From a virus (lineage: Duplodnaviria > Caudoviricetes): DNA of 64,000 nt. Shown piece by piece: positions 40,605-48,929 of the stretch (positions within the stretch are counted from its first letter, which is position 1; each line of letters starts with the position of its first letter). The position numbers were made by a program, and so were the translations under genes. The notes below the pieces were generated by a model. It was given only the letters and a program-made list of their open reading frames with translations, did no database searches and was not told the origin of the DNA. The stretch is taken from the IMG/VR virus record IMGVR_UViG_3300031998_000004; one strand, written 5' to 3'.

Positions 40605-40635
40605 TATATATAACAAAAGACTCCACATCATTTAG
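40605..40635 (-). promoter_or_regulatory. putative phage promoter
   Basis: CTAAA-N18-TATATATA. Confidence 0.6.
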
Positions 40636-40677
40636 TGAAGTCTTATTTGGATTTACAATTTACAAATTGTGAATCTC

Positions 40678-40848
40678 TTACTCTTCAACAACAGTAAGAG
40701 TACTGTCAGCGACCTCGAGAACCTCAACAGCTGCGCTGTCTACGGACTCAACAACGGTCCCATCAACTGCCTTCTGATTGCTACATGTGCAAGCACCTGC
40801 AAACATTAACATTGCTGACATAGCAAGAATTGCAAAAACTTTCTTCAT
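40678..40848 (-). CDS. small lipoprotein (56 aa, not in ORF track)
   Basis: MKKVFAILAMSAMLMFAGAC-TCSNQK...; signal peptide II-like with acidic tail. Confidence 0.65.
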   Translation of the reverse strand: MKKVFAILAMSAMLMFAGACTCSNQKAVDGTVVESVDSAAVEVLEVADSTLTVVEE

Positions 40849-40863
40849 AATTAAAAAATTTAT

Positions 40864-41382
40864 TTATCTATTTAATATATTGATTGCCTCACGCATCTTT
40901 AATTCCGTCAATCCAGTCTCTCCCGGATGACACTCTTGTGCCGCCTGTAGAAAGTCACAACAACAATGTACAAAGTGTCCCTGTAGTTGGTCTTCTGTGA
41001 AATCCTTATCATCATCAAGGATGACATAATTGTCGCAAGGATGAACCCTCAGGAACAGTTCCACTTCTTCACCACGATCAGGCCACGTCAACACACCATT
41101 CTCGTCTTCGTGTGTAAGCGAAGGGGTGATGTCAAAGTCTGTCGGGATACCAACGGTTTCAAAATATTTCTTCAACTCCATGTCGAGCCTCCAGCTGGAA
41201 CTCACTACAAGTCTGGCACCGGTCTCCGTAAGTATCTGATTCAGTCTCTTAACACATTCAGGATCGAAGCATTCTTCCCACCAGCAGGTAAAAGGCCGCT
41301 TGGCTTCGACCTCTCTGATTTTATTAATATACCAATCCTCGTGGTTGAGGACTCCGTCTATATCTAGAAATAAATACTTCAT
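40864..41382 (-). CDS. HAD phosphatase (Swiss-Army-Knife RNA-repair type)
   Basis: FLDIDGVLN, VVSSSWR, YVILDD. Confidence 0.85.
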   Translation of the reverse strand: MKYLFLDIDGVLNHEDWYINKIREVEAKRPFTCWWEECFDPECVKRLNQILTETGARLVVSSSWRLDMELKKYFETVGIPTDFDITPSLTHEDENGVLTWPDRGEEVELFLRVHPCDNYVILDDDKDFTEDQLQGHFVHCCCDFLQAAQECHPGETGLTELKMREAINILNR

Positions 41383-41630
41383 CTGTACTTCTTATTAAAT
41401 ATTTTTCTCAACCCTTTTCGATGAAAGAGTTTTAGCCCGTATAATTCTCTTCTGCGTTTACATACAGGACATACAAAGTATTCTATAATATCAGGTTCAT
41501 AATAATGAGGTTCTAGTTGAATATCACTTTTCTCCACTTCTAATATACTTCCGCAATGATAACATTTATAGATGTATTTCGGATTTTTCGGGGGAATCTG
41601 ATCGTTTCTATGTTCTTCTATTACCTTCAT
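41379..41630 (-). CDS. Zn-ribbon protein
   Basis: CYHC...CPVC. Confidence 0.65.
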   Translation of the reverse strand: MKVIEEHRNDQIPPKNPKYIYKCYHCGSILEVEKSDIQLEPHYYEPDIIEYFVCPVCKRRRELYGLKLFHRKGLRKIFNKKYR

Positions 41631-41634
41631 ATCT

Positions 41635-42003
41635 TTACTTAATTATGTGAAAATCAATGTATTGTCCGAAGTACCACTTCAAAAACTCCTTTTCTCGCTC
41701 ACCCCAGTAAACCGAACCCTCATCGGTATCCACCCACGGGAACGCAGACGAGATAGTGAGTGTATTGAGTCGACCCGTGACAATCTCTTCTATATCATAT
41801 TCCATATCAGGATTACTGAGCATCGCTTTCTGAATATTTGAATAGAACTCCGGATACCACTTCCGAGTCTTTAACCAACACTCAATCTCAACGGGTTCTC
41901 GACCAACGAGTTTATAATACTTTAAGTTATTCTGCTGAATAATGTAGATTACTATTGGAGCAACCAATAGGAGTATAAATAATATCCAAAGAAATGTCAT
42001 CAT
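41635..42003 (-). CDS. membrane-anchored hypothetical protein
   Basis: N-terminal TM; AFPW..T.EG..YW motif. Confidence 0.65.
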   Translation of the reverse strand: MMTFLWILFILLLVAPIVIYIIQQNNLKYYKLVGREPVEIECWLKTRKWYPEFYSNIQKAMLSNPDMEYDIEEIVTGRLNTLTISSAFPWVDTDEGSVYWGEREKEFLKWYFGQYIDFHIIK

Positions 42004-42006
42004 AGC

Positions 42007-43086
42007 TTAACAGTTTTGAATTCCTTTTTTATATGCGGCAGCCGCTGCTGGTGTGATTCGCGAAAGCACAGAATTGATTCTGAACTCCTCGAGATTGTAT
42101 GCATTACAGTAAGACATAGAACTCTTAATTGCAGATTCAATCTGTTCTGTCCTTTCCGCGAGCGTACAATCTACCTGGACGACATCAATAATACCTTCAC
42201 TGTTCTTGAGAGTGGTGTTACCCATGTCTATCTGTGCTCGTTTAGTAGACATACCCCAGTACTCTTTGAATCGAACTGGATTAGATGTGCCTACCTGAGT
42301 GGCGTCACAGAGCACAGGACTAGCACTTTCTTCAACCGAACAAAGGAACCGCCCACACATCACCGCATCCGCGCCCAGCGCAAGTGCCTTGCAGATATCT
42401 TCACTATCACCTATTCCACCATCAGCAATGAGCTTCAGGTAGCGTCTACCATTGAACTCAAAGGTGCTCCTGTAGAAGTGGCTTTCTGCAATGAGAGATG
42501 CCATTGGATAGTGTACACCCGTCTGTGCAGAAGTTGTACATACACTACCACCACCGATCCCAAGACGGACCCAATCAGCAAAGTCGTTATATGCGATGGT
42601 TGTGATAGTTCGTGGGTTAGCTATATTACCAACCATTATCTCGGACCCCGGAGCAATAATATCGAGTCTCTCACGGAGAATCTTGCCTACCGTGATGACA
42701 TCTTCCATATGACCATTGGCCTGGTCAATACAGATTTTAACCGGGCCGAAATTCTTAAAGAATTTAGAAAACTCCGCCAATTCATCAATAAGACGTTTCG
42801 TTTCATGAAGACCGAAAGCAACCCAGGTACCTGTCCTCAAGAGCTCGAGTCTCATACTATAATCAATAGTCCTAGGGTAGATGGCATGAAAGTCTTTATT
42901 AAAAAGATCGAAGTTCTGCTCGTCTACCACACAGTTCATAGGAGAGACAAACACAGGGAGTTTTCCATCGGACATCCTCGCGTTACACTCTTTTGTACGA
43001 GAATGAACCTTTGTCTGTTTTGAAGGAATGATAGCGACCTCACACAGTTCAAGGAGAGGTTCTTGTATGTTTTTGATTATATTCAT
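42007..43086 (-). CDS. IMP dehydrogenase / GMP reductase family
   Basis: DQANGH, GIGGGSVCTT, IADGGI, KALALGADAVMCG, YWGMS. Confidence 0.9.
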   Translation of the reverse strand: MNIIKNIQEPLLELCEVAIIPSKQTKVHSRTKECNARMSDGKLPVFVSPMNCVVDEQNFDLFNKDFHAIYPRTIDYSMRLELLRTGTWVAFGLHETKRLIDELAEFSKFFKNFGPVKICIDQANGHMEDVITVGKILRERLDIIAPGSEIMVGNIANPRTITTIAYNDFADWVRLGIGGGSVCTTSAQTGVHYPMASLIAESHFYRSTFEFNGRRYLKLIADGGIGDSEDICKALALGADAVMCGRFLCSVEESASPVLCDATQVGTSNPVRFKEYWGMSTKRAQIDMGNTTLKNSEGIIDVVQVDCTLAERTEQIESAIKSSMSYCNAYNLEEFRINSVLSRITPAAAAAYKKGIQNC

Positions 43087-43089
43087 ATA

Positions 43090-43533
43090 TTATTCGTTTA
43101 TAATTCCGTATTCCTTAGCACAATTCCAGTTAATCTTAAATACATTATCATGATCAAGTAACCACACGTCAAAACCGAGGATTTTGAACTTATAAGTTAT
43201 CTTTTTAATCATCTTTTCACCAGTCGCCGTACCTTGATTGTATGGAGTTATTCCAAATATCTCAGCCGGAAAATCTGTAGTGAATCTACTTACACTTACA
43301 GTGTGATTGTCTAGTCCCAGCTTCACATAATAATATATATAAGATACTACATCATTTATAACGGAATCTATTGTTTCTTCAGGAATAAAATCAAGACATT
43401 GAAAGTCATCCCGGCTGTACATATAATCTACAGCGGAATGACCTATATTCTTACTCACACTATCATGCAGATTGAAAATTGTCTGTGCGGTGATAGTAGG
43501 AGATTCTATTATATCTTTATCAAAGAGACTCAT
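43090..43533 (-). CDS. MS[ILV]F-tag family hypothetical protein
   Basis: MSLFDKDII. Confidence 0.75.
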   Translation of the reverse strand: MSLFDKDIIESPTITAQTIFNLHDSVSKNIGHSAVDYMYSRDDFQCLDFIPEETIDSVINDVVSYIYYYVKLGLDNHTVSVSRFTTDFPAEIFGITPYNQGTATGEKMIKKITYKFKILGFDVWLLDHDNVFKINWNCAKEYGIINE

Positions 43534-43925
43534 GCGTCAGTAGAAATTCCACCACCGAGATCTGTCAGTGGACTTGCTACACCGTTCAACGGATTTTCAC
43601 TATCTCCGTCTTCCGGAAGTCTATATCCACAGAGACCAGCGAGCTCGTAACAACGATTATCCAACAGGGTCTTACACGACTCGCGAATAATCAAAAGCAC
43701 GTCGTTAGGGAGATCAATCTCAAGAGGGAAGTGCCAGAAGTTAGGGAGCCACCTGAGTTGGTACCCCACAGTCTTGACGAGCGTCGGACTCTCCCGCTTA
43801 AATTCAAATCCACTCTGATCCAGGAAGATCTGAATCTTCTCTATCTCTGCCGAGAGAGGAATCTCTGTCTTAAAAACATCAAATGCGTGTTTCCTGAGTT
43901 TCTTGATTTCGTTTTCTGTCCACAT
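43530..43925 (-). CDS. hypothetical protein
   Basis: ORF in co-oriented block (GTG start). Confidence 0.55.
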   Translation of the reverse strand: MWTENEIKKLRKHAFDVFKTEIPLSAEIEKIQIFLDQSGFEFKRESPTLVKTVGYQLRWLPNFWHFPLEIDLPNDVLLIIRESCKTLLDNRCYELAGLCGYRLPEDGDSENPLNGVASPLTDLGGGISTDA

Positions 43926-43944
43926 ATTATAAATTGTTTAATGG

Positions 43945-44364
43945 TTAATTTTCTTCTTCCCAATTGATTTCTATATACTTACCAAGCATCGTTGGGTCGT
44001 CATCGTATACGTCCCATTTTATTTTCATCTTGAATCCGCGTTCCTGAAAATATTTACAAAACTCAACGAACTTCGGTTCTAGGTCTTTCCCGTGAATACC
44101 CTTGTTATCATACATTAGTTTTTTCACGTTTGTCCCTTTCTTAAAAGCACTAGTTAATCCCAACGCTTTCGGACAAATCCTATGATAATAAACCACACGC
44201 GGAACGGAATACTTTACTTCATCGTAAATAACTCCCAATAGTTTATCACAAGTGGTCTCGAGAGGTTCTCCTTCTGGTGGAACCATCCGTTTACTTATGA
44301 GATCCCTCAGAAAACTTGCGGTGATGGGGTTATCCGCGTTTATATTATCGTTAAATATGCTCAT
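43945..44364 (-). CDS. MS[ILV]F-tag family hypothetical protein
   Basis: MSIFNDNI (start re-assigned); paralog of 43090..43533. Confidence 0.75.
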   Translation of the reverse strand: MSIFNDNINADNPITASFLRDLISKRMVPPEGEPLETTCDKLLGVIYDEVKYSVPRVVYYHRICPKALGLTSAFKKGTNVKKLMYDNKGIHGKDLEPKFVEFCKYFQERGFKMKIKWDVYDDDPTMLGKYIEINWEEEN

Positions 44365-44387
44365 GAATTTATTTAACAAATTCTTCG

Positions 44388-45119
44388 TTATTCTTTAGCG
44401 ATCTCAACCGAGAATGGTGGATAGTTCTTCTTGTAGTCTTCATCTAACATACTTACGTTAACCACTTTCGTTCCATTTCCCCCATCGGTCTCGTGGTGAT
44501 CCCCGCTGTGAACGTGTCCACAAAACACATAACCGATCTGCTTAAAGTAAATAGCATCTGTGAGTTCCTGGCATCCGAAGTTTCGACCCCAGTTCCATCC
44601 CCTCTGAAGAACGGTTCCTGCATCACCAATCCGTGGAGGGCAGTGAGTGAGGAGCACGTCAACCCGATCTGGAATTTTAGCATACTCTTGCTCTAGTTTG
44701 AAGTGATCTCCGTAGAACGCCCATGACTGTAAGTCGGGACACCAAGAAGTACCATAGAAGGTAAACCCTTCATATTTCCATCCGTTGTCACAAAGGATAA
44801 CGAGTTTATGTTGCCCTTTGAGAGAGCCAGGCATAAGGAGTCTGGACATCATCTCACCATTATTCATATGGTCCGGCCCGATGTGTTGTGCAAAGAAGTC
44901 ATGATTTCCAAAGACCATCACTACTTTCTTAAAAGGAAGGGAGTCGGTCCATGGGATGAACACCTGGCAGAACCACGCGATGGACTGTACGTCGTTGCGT
45001 TGAAGATCAAGCGGAACTACATCTCCACATATACAGAGGACATCTCCCTCCTCGAAGAAATCGGGCTTCGGGAGATTTCCGTGAAGGTCACTAATTGCTG
45101 ATAATTTAAGTTTTCTCAT
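44388..45119 (-). CDS. metallophosphoesterase
   Basis: SDLHG, CGD, GNHD, THCPP, CGHVH. Confidence 0.9.
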   Translation of the reverse strand: MRKLKLSAISDLHGNLPKPDFFEEGDVLCICGDVVPLDLQRNDVQSIAWFCQVFIPWTDSLPFKKVVMVFGNHDFFAQHIGPDHMNNGEMMSRLLMPGSLKGQHKLVILCDNGWKYEGFTFYGTSWCPDLQSWAFYGDHFKLEQEYAKIPDRVDVLLTHCPPRIGDAGTVLQRGWNWGRNFGCQELTDAIYFKQIGYVFCGHVHSGDHHETDGGNGTKVVNVSMLDEDYKKNYPPFSVEIAKE

Positions 45120-45158
45120 ATTGTAATTACGAAGTCTTTTGGTTGAGACTCCTCAACT

Positions 45159-45189
45159 AAAATATATAAAAAAAGACCCCCTTGTTTAG
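45159..45189 (-). promoter_or_regulatory. putative phage promoter overlapping a terminator hairpin
   Basis: CTAAA-N18-TATATTTT. Confidence 0.55.
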
Positions 45190-45220
45190 GAGGTCTTTTG
45201 GAGTGAAATTTTGGTAATTA

Positions 45221-46564
45221 TTAAATCACGCCGTCATCGCCGTTATTAACGCCACGCAAATCATAATCAATAAACGCAATATAATATCCGAAATCTTCGG
45301 CGTATGTTTTCCAATCGTCTCCGGTATACCCATGAATTACATTAACAAATACTATTGCTGCAAGATATACATGAGATTCTGATGGATCTGGGGGGAATGA
45401 TGAGTAAAAAATACAAGGATATTCCCATATTTCGCTCAAATACATATGAGTTTTCGTTCTCCAAGCAATGTCATTTGTATCCAAGACTTTATATCCAGTT
45501 ATTGAAGTATCGTCTTTTACTGTTATATCATATAGTTGCTGATTCATAGGTTCATTCCACATACCATTTTGACTCGTATACATATATCCTCCATAAACCG
45601 GCCCACTAATAGTTCCTTCGGAATCAAATACAAATTCATATGTTGAATTATATATATATCCGGGTTGTAATGCTGGTTGCCATGTATTATCACCAACATA
45701 TCCGGGGAAAGAATAATTCAAATCATTAGTAATATTTTTTAGTAATAATATTTTTGGTTGAACTGGGGCGTCGGGAATAAATGGTAAACTTACTGTGCTG
45801 ATTGATCCAGGACAGTTATAATTTGATAAAAGTGTACAAAGACTTGAAAAATAATTATCGGAATCTCGTTCAGGAAGATTTTCATAATCAGATATAAAAT
45901 CTAAAATACTATATTCACACATTGTATCAATAGATTCCTTGGTTAAAATAAAAGCATTATTTTTATCCTTTGGATAATATTTTTGACCATATGTAACCAA
46001 ATTATCTTCTTCAAGGCTCTGAAACCAACTATAATATCCTTCTTCGCCAAGCTCATTTATCATTTTATTTATAAATGTTTGAGCATCATCATTGATATTA
46101 AAATCATTATCAAGAGTGCTTTTTACAAATGATATTTGATTCGATGATAAATTAACATGATATATTTGTTCTACCCAAAATGCCCCCATATCATATCTAT
46201 GAGCCGACGGTGTATTTGTAAGTATTCCGTCATAATAATCAGTTGGTATTGAATCCAATAATCCATTTTTAGCGACATAGTCGCCAGATGGAGATCCACC
46301 AGACACATCAACGTCAGCATACTCGTAAGCAGCAACGTTAACAGTGCCGTTTTCTGTAATTTCAATAGTACCAGTAGGAGTACTTCCACCAGATACATTC
46401 ACTTCTGCTGTGGCGTAATCGGTGACATCTACCTCACCGTTCTCTGTAATCTGGATGGTTCCGGTAGGAGAATCATGTATATCAAGAGACTCAGCAAGCT
46501 CGTCTGAAGGAACTACTTGAGTTATATAACCCGCGTTTTTAAGTTTATCAACTATTTCACTCAT
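45221..46564 (-). CDS. putative structural/fibre-like protein
   Basis: Two tandem PTGTIxITENGxVxV..Y..AxVxVSGGS repeats then an AT-rich C-terminal region. Confidence 0.5.
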   Translation of the reverse strand: MSEIVDKLKNAGYITQVVPSDELAESLDIHDSPTGTIQITENGEVDVTDYATAEVNVSGGSTPTGTIEITENGTVNVAAYEYADVDVSGGSPSGDYVAKNGLLDSIPTDYYDGILTNTPSAHRYDMGAFWVEQIYHVNLSSNQISFVKSTLDNDFNINDDAQTFINKMINELGEEGYYSWFQSLEEDNLVTYGQKYYPKDKNNAFILTKESIDTMCEYSILDFISDYENLPERDSDNYFSSLCTLLSNYNCPGSISTVSLPFIPDAPVQPKILLLKNITNDLNYSFPGYVGDNTWQPALQPGYIYNSTYEFVFDSEGTISGPVYGGYMYTSQNGMWNEPMNQQLYDITVKDDTSITGYKVLDTNDIAWRTKTHMYLSEIWEYPCIFYSSFPPDPSESHVYLAAIVFVNVIHGYTGDDWKTYAEDFGYYIAFIDYDLRGVNNGDDGVI

Positions 46565-46635
46565 TTCAAATTCTTTTATTTATACTATAATAATCATAAA
46601 AAAAGACCCTCCTCGAAAGGAAGGTCTTGGGTATG

Positions 46636-46707
46636 AGCCGGAAGTCGGAGTCGAACCAACAACCTACGGTTTACAAAACCGTTGCTCTGCCATTGAGCTA
46701 TTCCGGC
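46636..46707 (-). tRNA. tRNA-Thr(UGU)
   Basis: Cloverleaf; ACGGT-TTTGTAA-ACCGT. Confidence 0.9.
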
Positions 46708-46715
46708 GGGTATTT

Positions 46716-46789
46716 GAGTGAAGTGGAGGAATCAAACCTCCGTCTCCTGCCTTCTCGGCTAGGTGTTCTCTCACTAAACTAATTCCACT
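46716..46789 (-). tRNA. atypical tRNA / pseudo-tRNA, identity unclear
   Basis: Acceptor and T arms present; irregular anticodon arm CCTAGCC-GAGAA-GGCAGG. Confidence 0.45.
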
Positions 46790-47089
46790 GTTACGGTCCT
46801 CTATCGCGGTCCCGTATAAACACATCGTCGGATTTCTACCGAAGGCATTAGCGCGTTTGCCAATTTTCACTTCTTGCAAGTCTCTGCATCAGTATAAGCC
46901 GAATATTCTCATCAGAGATCCGTTATTACAAACTACAATCGCTTCAGTGATTTCGTTCCGGTTTGCCGTCATAGTCGCTGACGGTTTCCTCATTGGCTGT
47001 AGATAGGATAGGATTATGTATTATCCCTATCTCTCACTCCTCAAGACACTGACGTACGGTTCAGCACTCTCTTTAAGTCTCTGTTGTCG

Positions 47090-47123
47090 TGGTAGTCTCC
47101 TGGACTCGAACAGGAGTAGGACC
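47090..47123 (-). ncRNA. tRNA minihelix-like remnant ending in CCA
   Basis: GGTCCTACTCCTG-TTCGAGTC-CAGGAGACTACCA. Confidence 0.4.
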
Positions 47124-47158
47124 ATTCTGCATCTATCTTATACCTTCAAAGAACTAAT

Positions 47159-47189
47159 ATAAAATAACTAAAATCTGAAAGAAATTTAA
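47159..47189 (-). promoter_or_regulatory. putative phage promoter
   Basis: TTAAA-N18-TATTTTAT. Confidence 0.55.
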
Positions 47190-47193
47190 TATG

Positions 47194-47271
47194 TGGTAGT
47201 CCCGGAGAGATTCGAACTCTCACTGAATAGATCCTAAGTCTATTGCCATCTTCCAGTTGGGCTACGGGACC
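47194..47271 (-). tRNA. tRNA-Leu(UAG) with short variable loop
   Basis: ATAGA-CTTAGGA-TCTAT; encoded CCA. Confidence 0.85.
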
Positions 47272-47285
47272 AAGTAAAAAAAAAA

Positions 47286-47404
47286 TCATCACCTGTACCT
47301 ACTCGCTGCACGGCACATCTCCCGGTAACGTCAGTCTCGAGGACCAACGCGTCTTCGATAAAATCCAGGGCTCTTTTGGAACGATCTCTTGAGCTAAAGT
47401 GATG
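47286..47404 (-). ncRNA. enlarged tRNA-like cloverleaf
   Basis: Stems CATCACTT/AGGTGATG, GCTC/GAGC, CCTGG/CCGGG, GTGCC/GGTAC with all loops expanded. Confidence 0.5.
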
Positions 47405-47655
47405 TAAATATCAAGTTTAGTATATACCCTAAACTAAGGTGGAGTCCCTATTAACGGAACCGAGCCGATACCTTGCTCGAAAAATTACAAATGAAGATTT
47501 ATACTCTCAGCCAAATGACTTACGTCATCACCTTATGAAGTTAAAATTCGGGTATTTAGTCAACATTAACTTTACAACATTAACTTTACAACATTATTCA
47601 AATAAATACTTTATGACTATCCCTTAATTGGTCCACTACATAAGATGTAAAAGAA

Positions 47656-47781
47656 AAAGAGCGAAAAGTAATGACGTTGGTCAGGCGGGGATTCGAACCC
47701 CGGTCTCTTCATCATTAGTGAAGTGTCTTGTCCTCTAGACTACCCGATCGGACTAGCGAATAGGAACTTTATATGCTCTTT
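47656..47781 (-). ncRNA. scaffold RNA copy 1 enclosing a tRNA-like (AAU anticodon) cloverleaf at 47678-47749
   Basis: GCATATAAAGTTCCTATT...TTACTTTTCGC closing stem; CTTCA-CTAATGA-TGAAG arm. Confidence 0.7.
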
Positions 47782-47790
47782 AAAAAAAAA

Positions 47791-47935
47791 ACACTCGCGG
47801 AAAGTAAGCAATATTTCGTCGGCTATGCCATTTGCCTATCTCCCGAGAGTATGAATGATTTTTTGCCGGGAGAGCTGGACTCGAACCAGCATACAACGAA
47901 TCCAGATTAGCAATAGGAACTTTCTATGCAAGTGT
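47791..47935 (-). ncRNA. scaffold RNA copy 2 with circularly permuted tRNA (YrlA-like)
   Basis: Order T arm, acceptor 3' strand, linker, acceptor 5' strand, D arm inside the conserved closing stem. Confidence 0.75.
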
Positions 47936-47940
47936 AAGGT

Positions 47941-48031
47941 ACAAGCGAGAAGTAATACAACTCCGGCTATGTCGGAATTGAAGGAATCGAACCTTCGTTG
48001 ACCATTTTAAATAGGAACTTCTTTTGCTTGT
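47941..48031 (-). ncRNA. scaffold RNA copy 3 with T arm + loop-closed acceptor stem
   Basis: GAAGG-TTCGATT-CCTTC then AATTCCG/CGGAGTT. Confidence 0.7.
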
Positions 48032-48108
48032 TGGTGGGCACGGGTGGATTCGAACCACCGGCTTTCACTTTGTAAGAGTGACGGTCTAAACCACTGGCGT
48101 ACGCGCCC
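48032..48108 (-). tRNA. tRNA-Val(UAC)
   Basis: TCACT-CTTACAA-AGTGA; encoded CCA. Confidence 0.9.
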
Positions 48109-48407
48109 ATAGATGCCGCATTTACGGTAGTGCGGCCAACCCAAGAATCGCTCTTCGAGCGAACCCGTAACCCCTCTCGACAACTTGGTCGACGGGAAAT
48201 ACCCAAACTAACACATGATGTCTCAGTCTCTCGGAAAGGATTTCTTCCGGTACTCTTCCAGTAATACCTCTTTATGATACCATATACGTTCTATATTTGG
48301 ATTAATAACGTTGCTCTACATATACCCATATTACCTCTTGCGGTCCACACCTTGGCATTGTTCCAATCTACCAAGTTCATTCCGTGAATTGTTAGTTGTA
48401 CAAGACG

Positions 48408-48479
48408 TGGACACATGTGGGATTTGCACCCCTCTGTCACATTGCAAATGTGACGTGCTACTATTACACTACATGGCCC
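48408..48479 (-). tRNA. tRNA-Ala(UGC), atypical
   Basis: TCACA-TTTGCAA-TGTGA; G3:U70; variant T loop TGCAAAT. Confidence 0.7.
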
Positions 48480-48766
48480 ATATGAAACACATCTACCACA
48501 GATTGACAGTCACTAGCCTTTATTACTCCAATCTCCTTATTTGTAATGAGACCATTGTTTAACTATTACAGGCATACCTCCCTACCTCGATGTGTTATAA
48601 AAAAAGAACTAATGATACTCACCTCAGCACCAATCTTGGCGTACTTCCCATCGAGTATCTGACCACCTCTCTTTATTAGTTCTTAATTAAGAGCATAATT
48701 GATACTAGTCTCAATTAATTGTTATATTAGAGCGGTATATCACCTCACTCTCTAATATATCTCTTG

Positions 48767-48837
48767 CGGTCCATAGGAGTGCTGCCCTCCTGACCTTGGC
48801 GTGACAAGCCAATAGTTTACTGTTAGCCTAATGGACC
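48767..48837 (-). tRNA. tRNA-Asp(GUC)
   Basis: TTGGC-TTGTCAC-GCCAA; G73; variant T loop. Confidence 0.8.
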
Positions 48838-48844
48838 AATATTG

Positions 48845-48917
48845 CGGCTCGGACAGGGTACGATCCTGTAACCTATTGATTAACAGTCAATTGCGCTACC
48901 AATTGCGCTACCGAGCC
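48845..48917 (-). tRNA. tRNA-Asn(GUU)
   Basis: ATTGA-CTGTTAA-TCAAT; G73. Confidence 0.9.
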
Positions 48918-48929
48918 ATGCTCATATGT

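Noticed and set aside
42016-43023. 335-aa + strand ORF
   Set aside because: Antisense shadow of the IMPDH/GMP reductase gene
46860-47000. RNase P RNA or hammerhead ribozyme (GAGGAAA, CGGCTTAT and CTGATGA motifs)
   Set aside because: Could not build the P4 pseudoknot or the three hammerhead stems; kept only as an unassigned ncRNA
47561-47596. 14-bp tandem repeat caacattaacttta x2.5
   Set aside because: Short local duplication with no spacers or other copies
47656-48031. Scaffold repeats as theta/HDV-like or twister ribozymes
   Set aside because: The required pseudoknot pairings were not found by eye; the motif brackets its cargo as a closing stem
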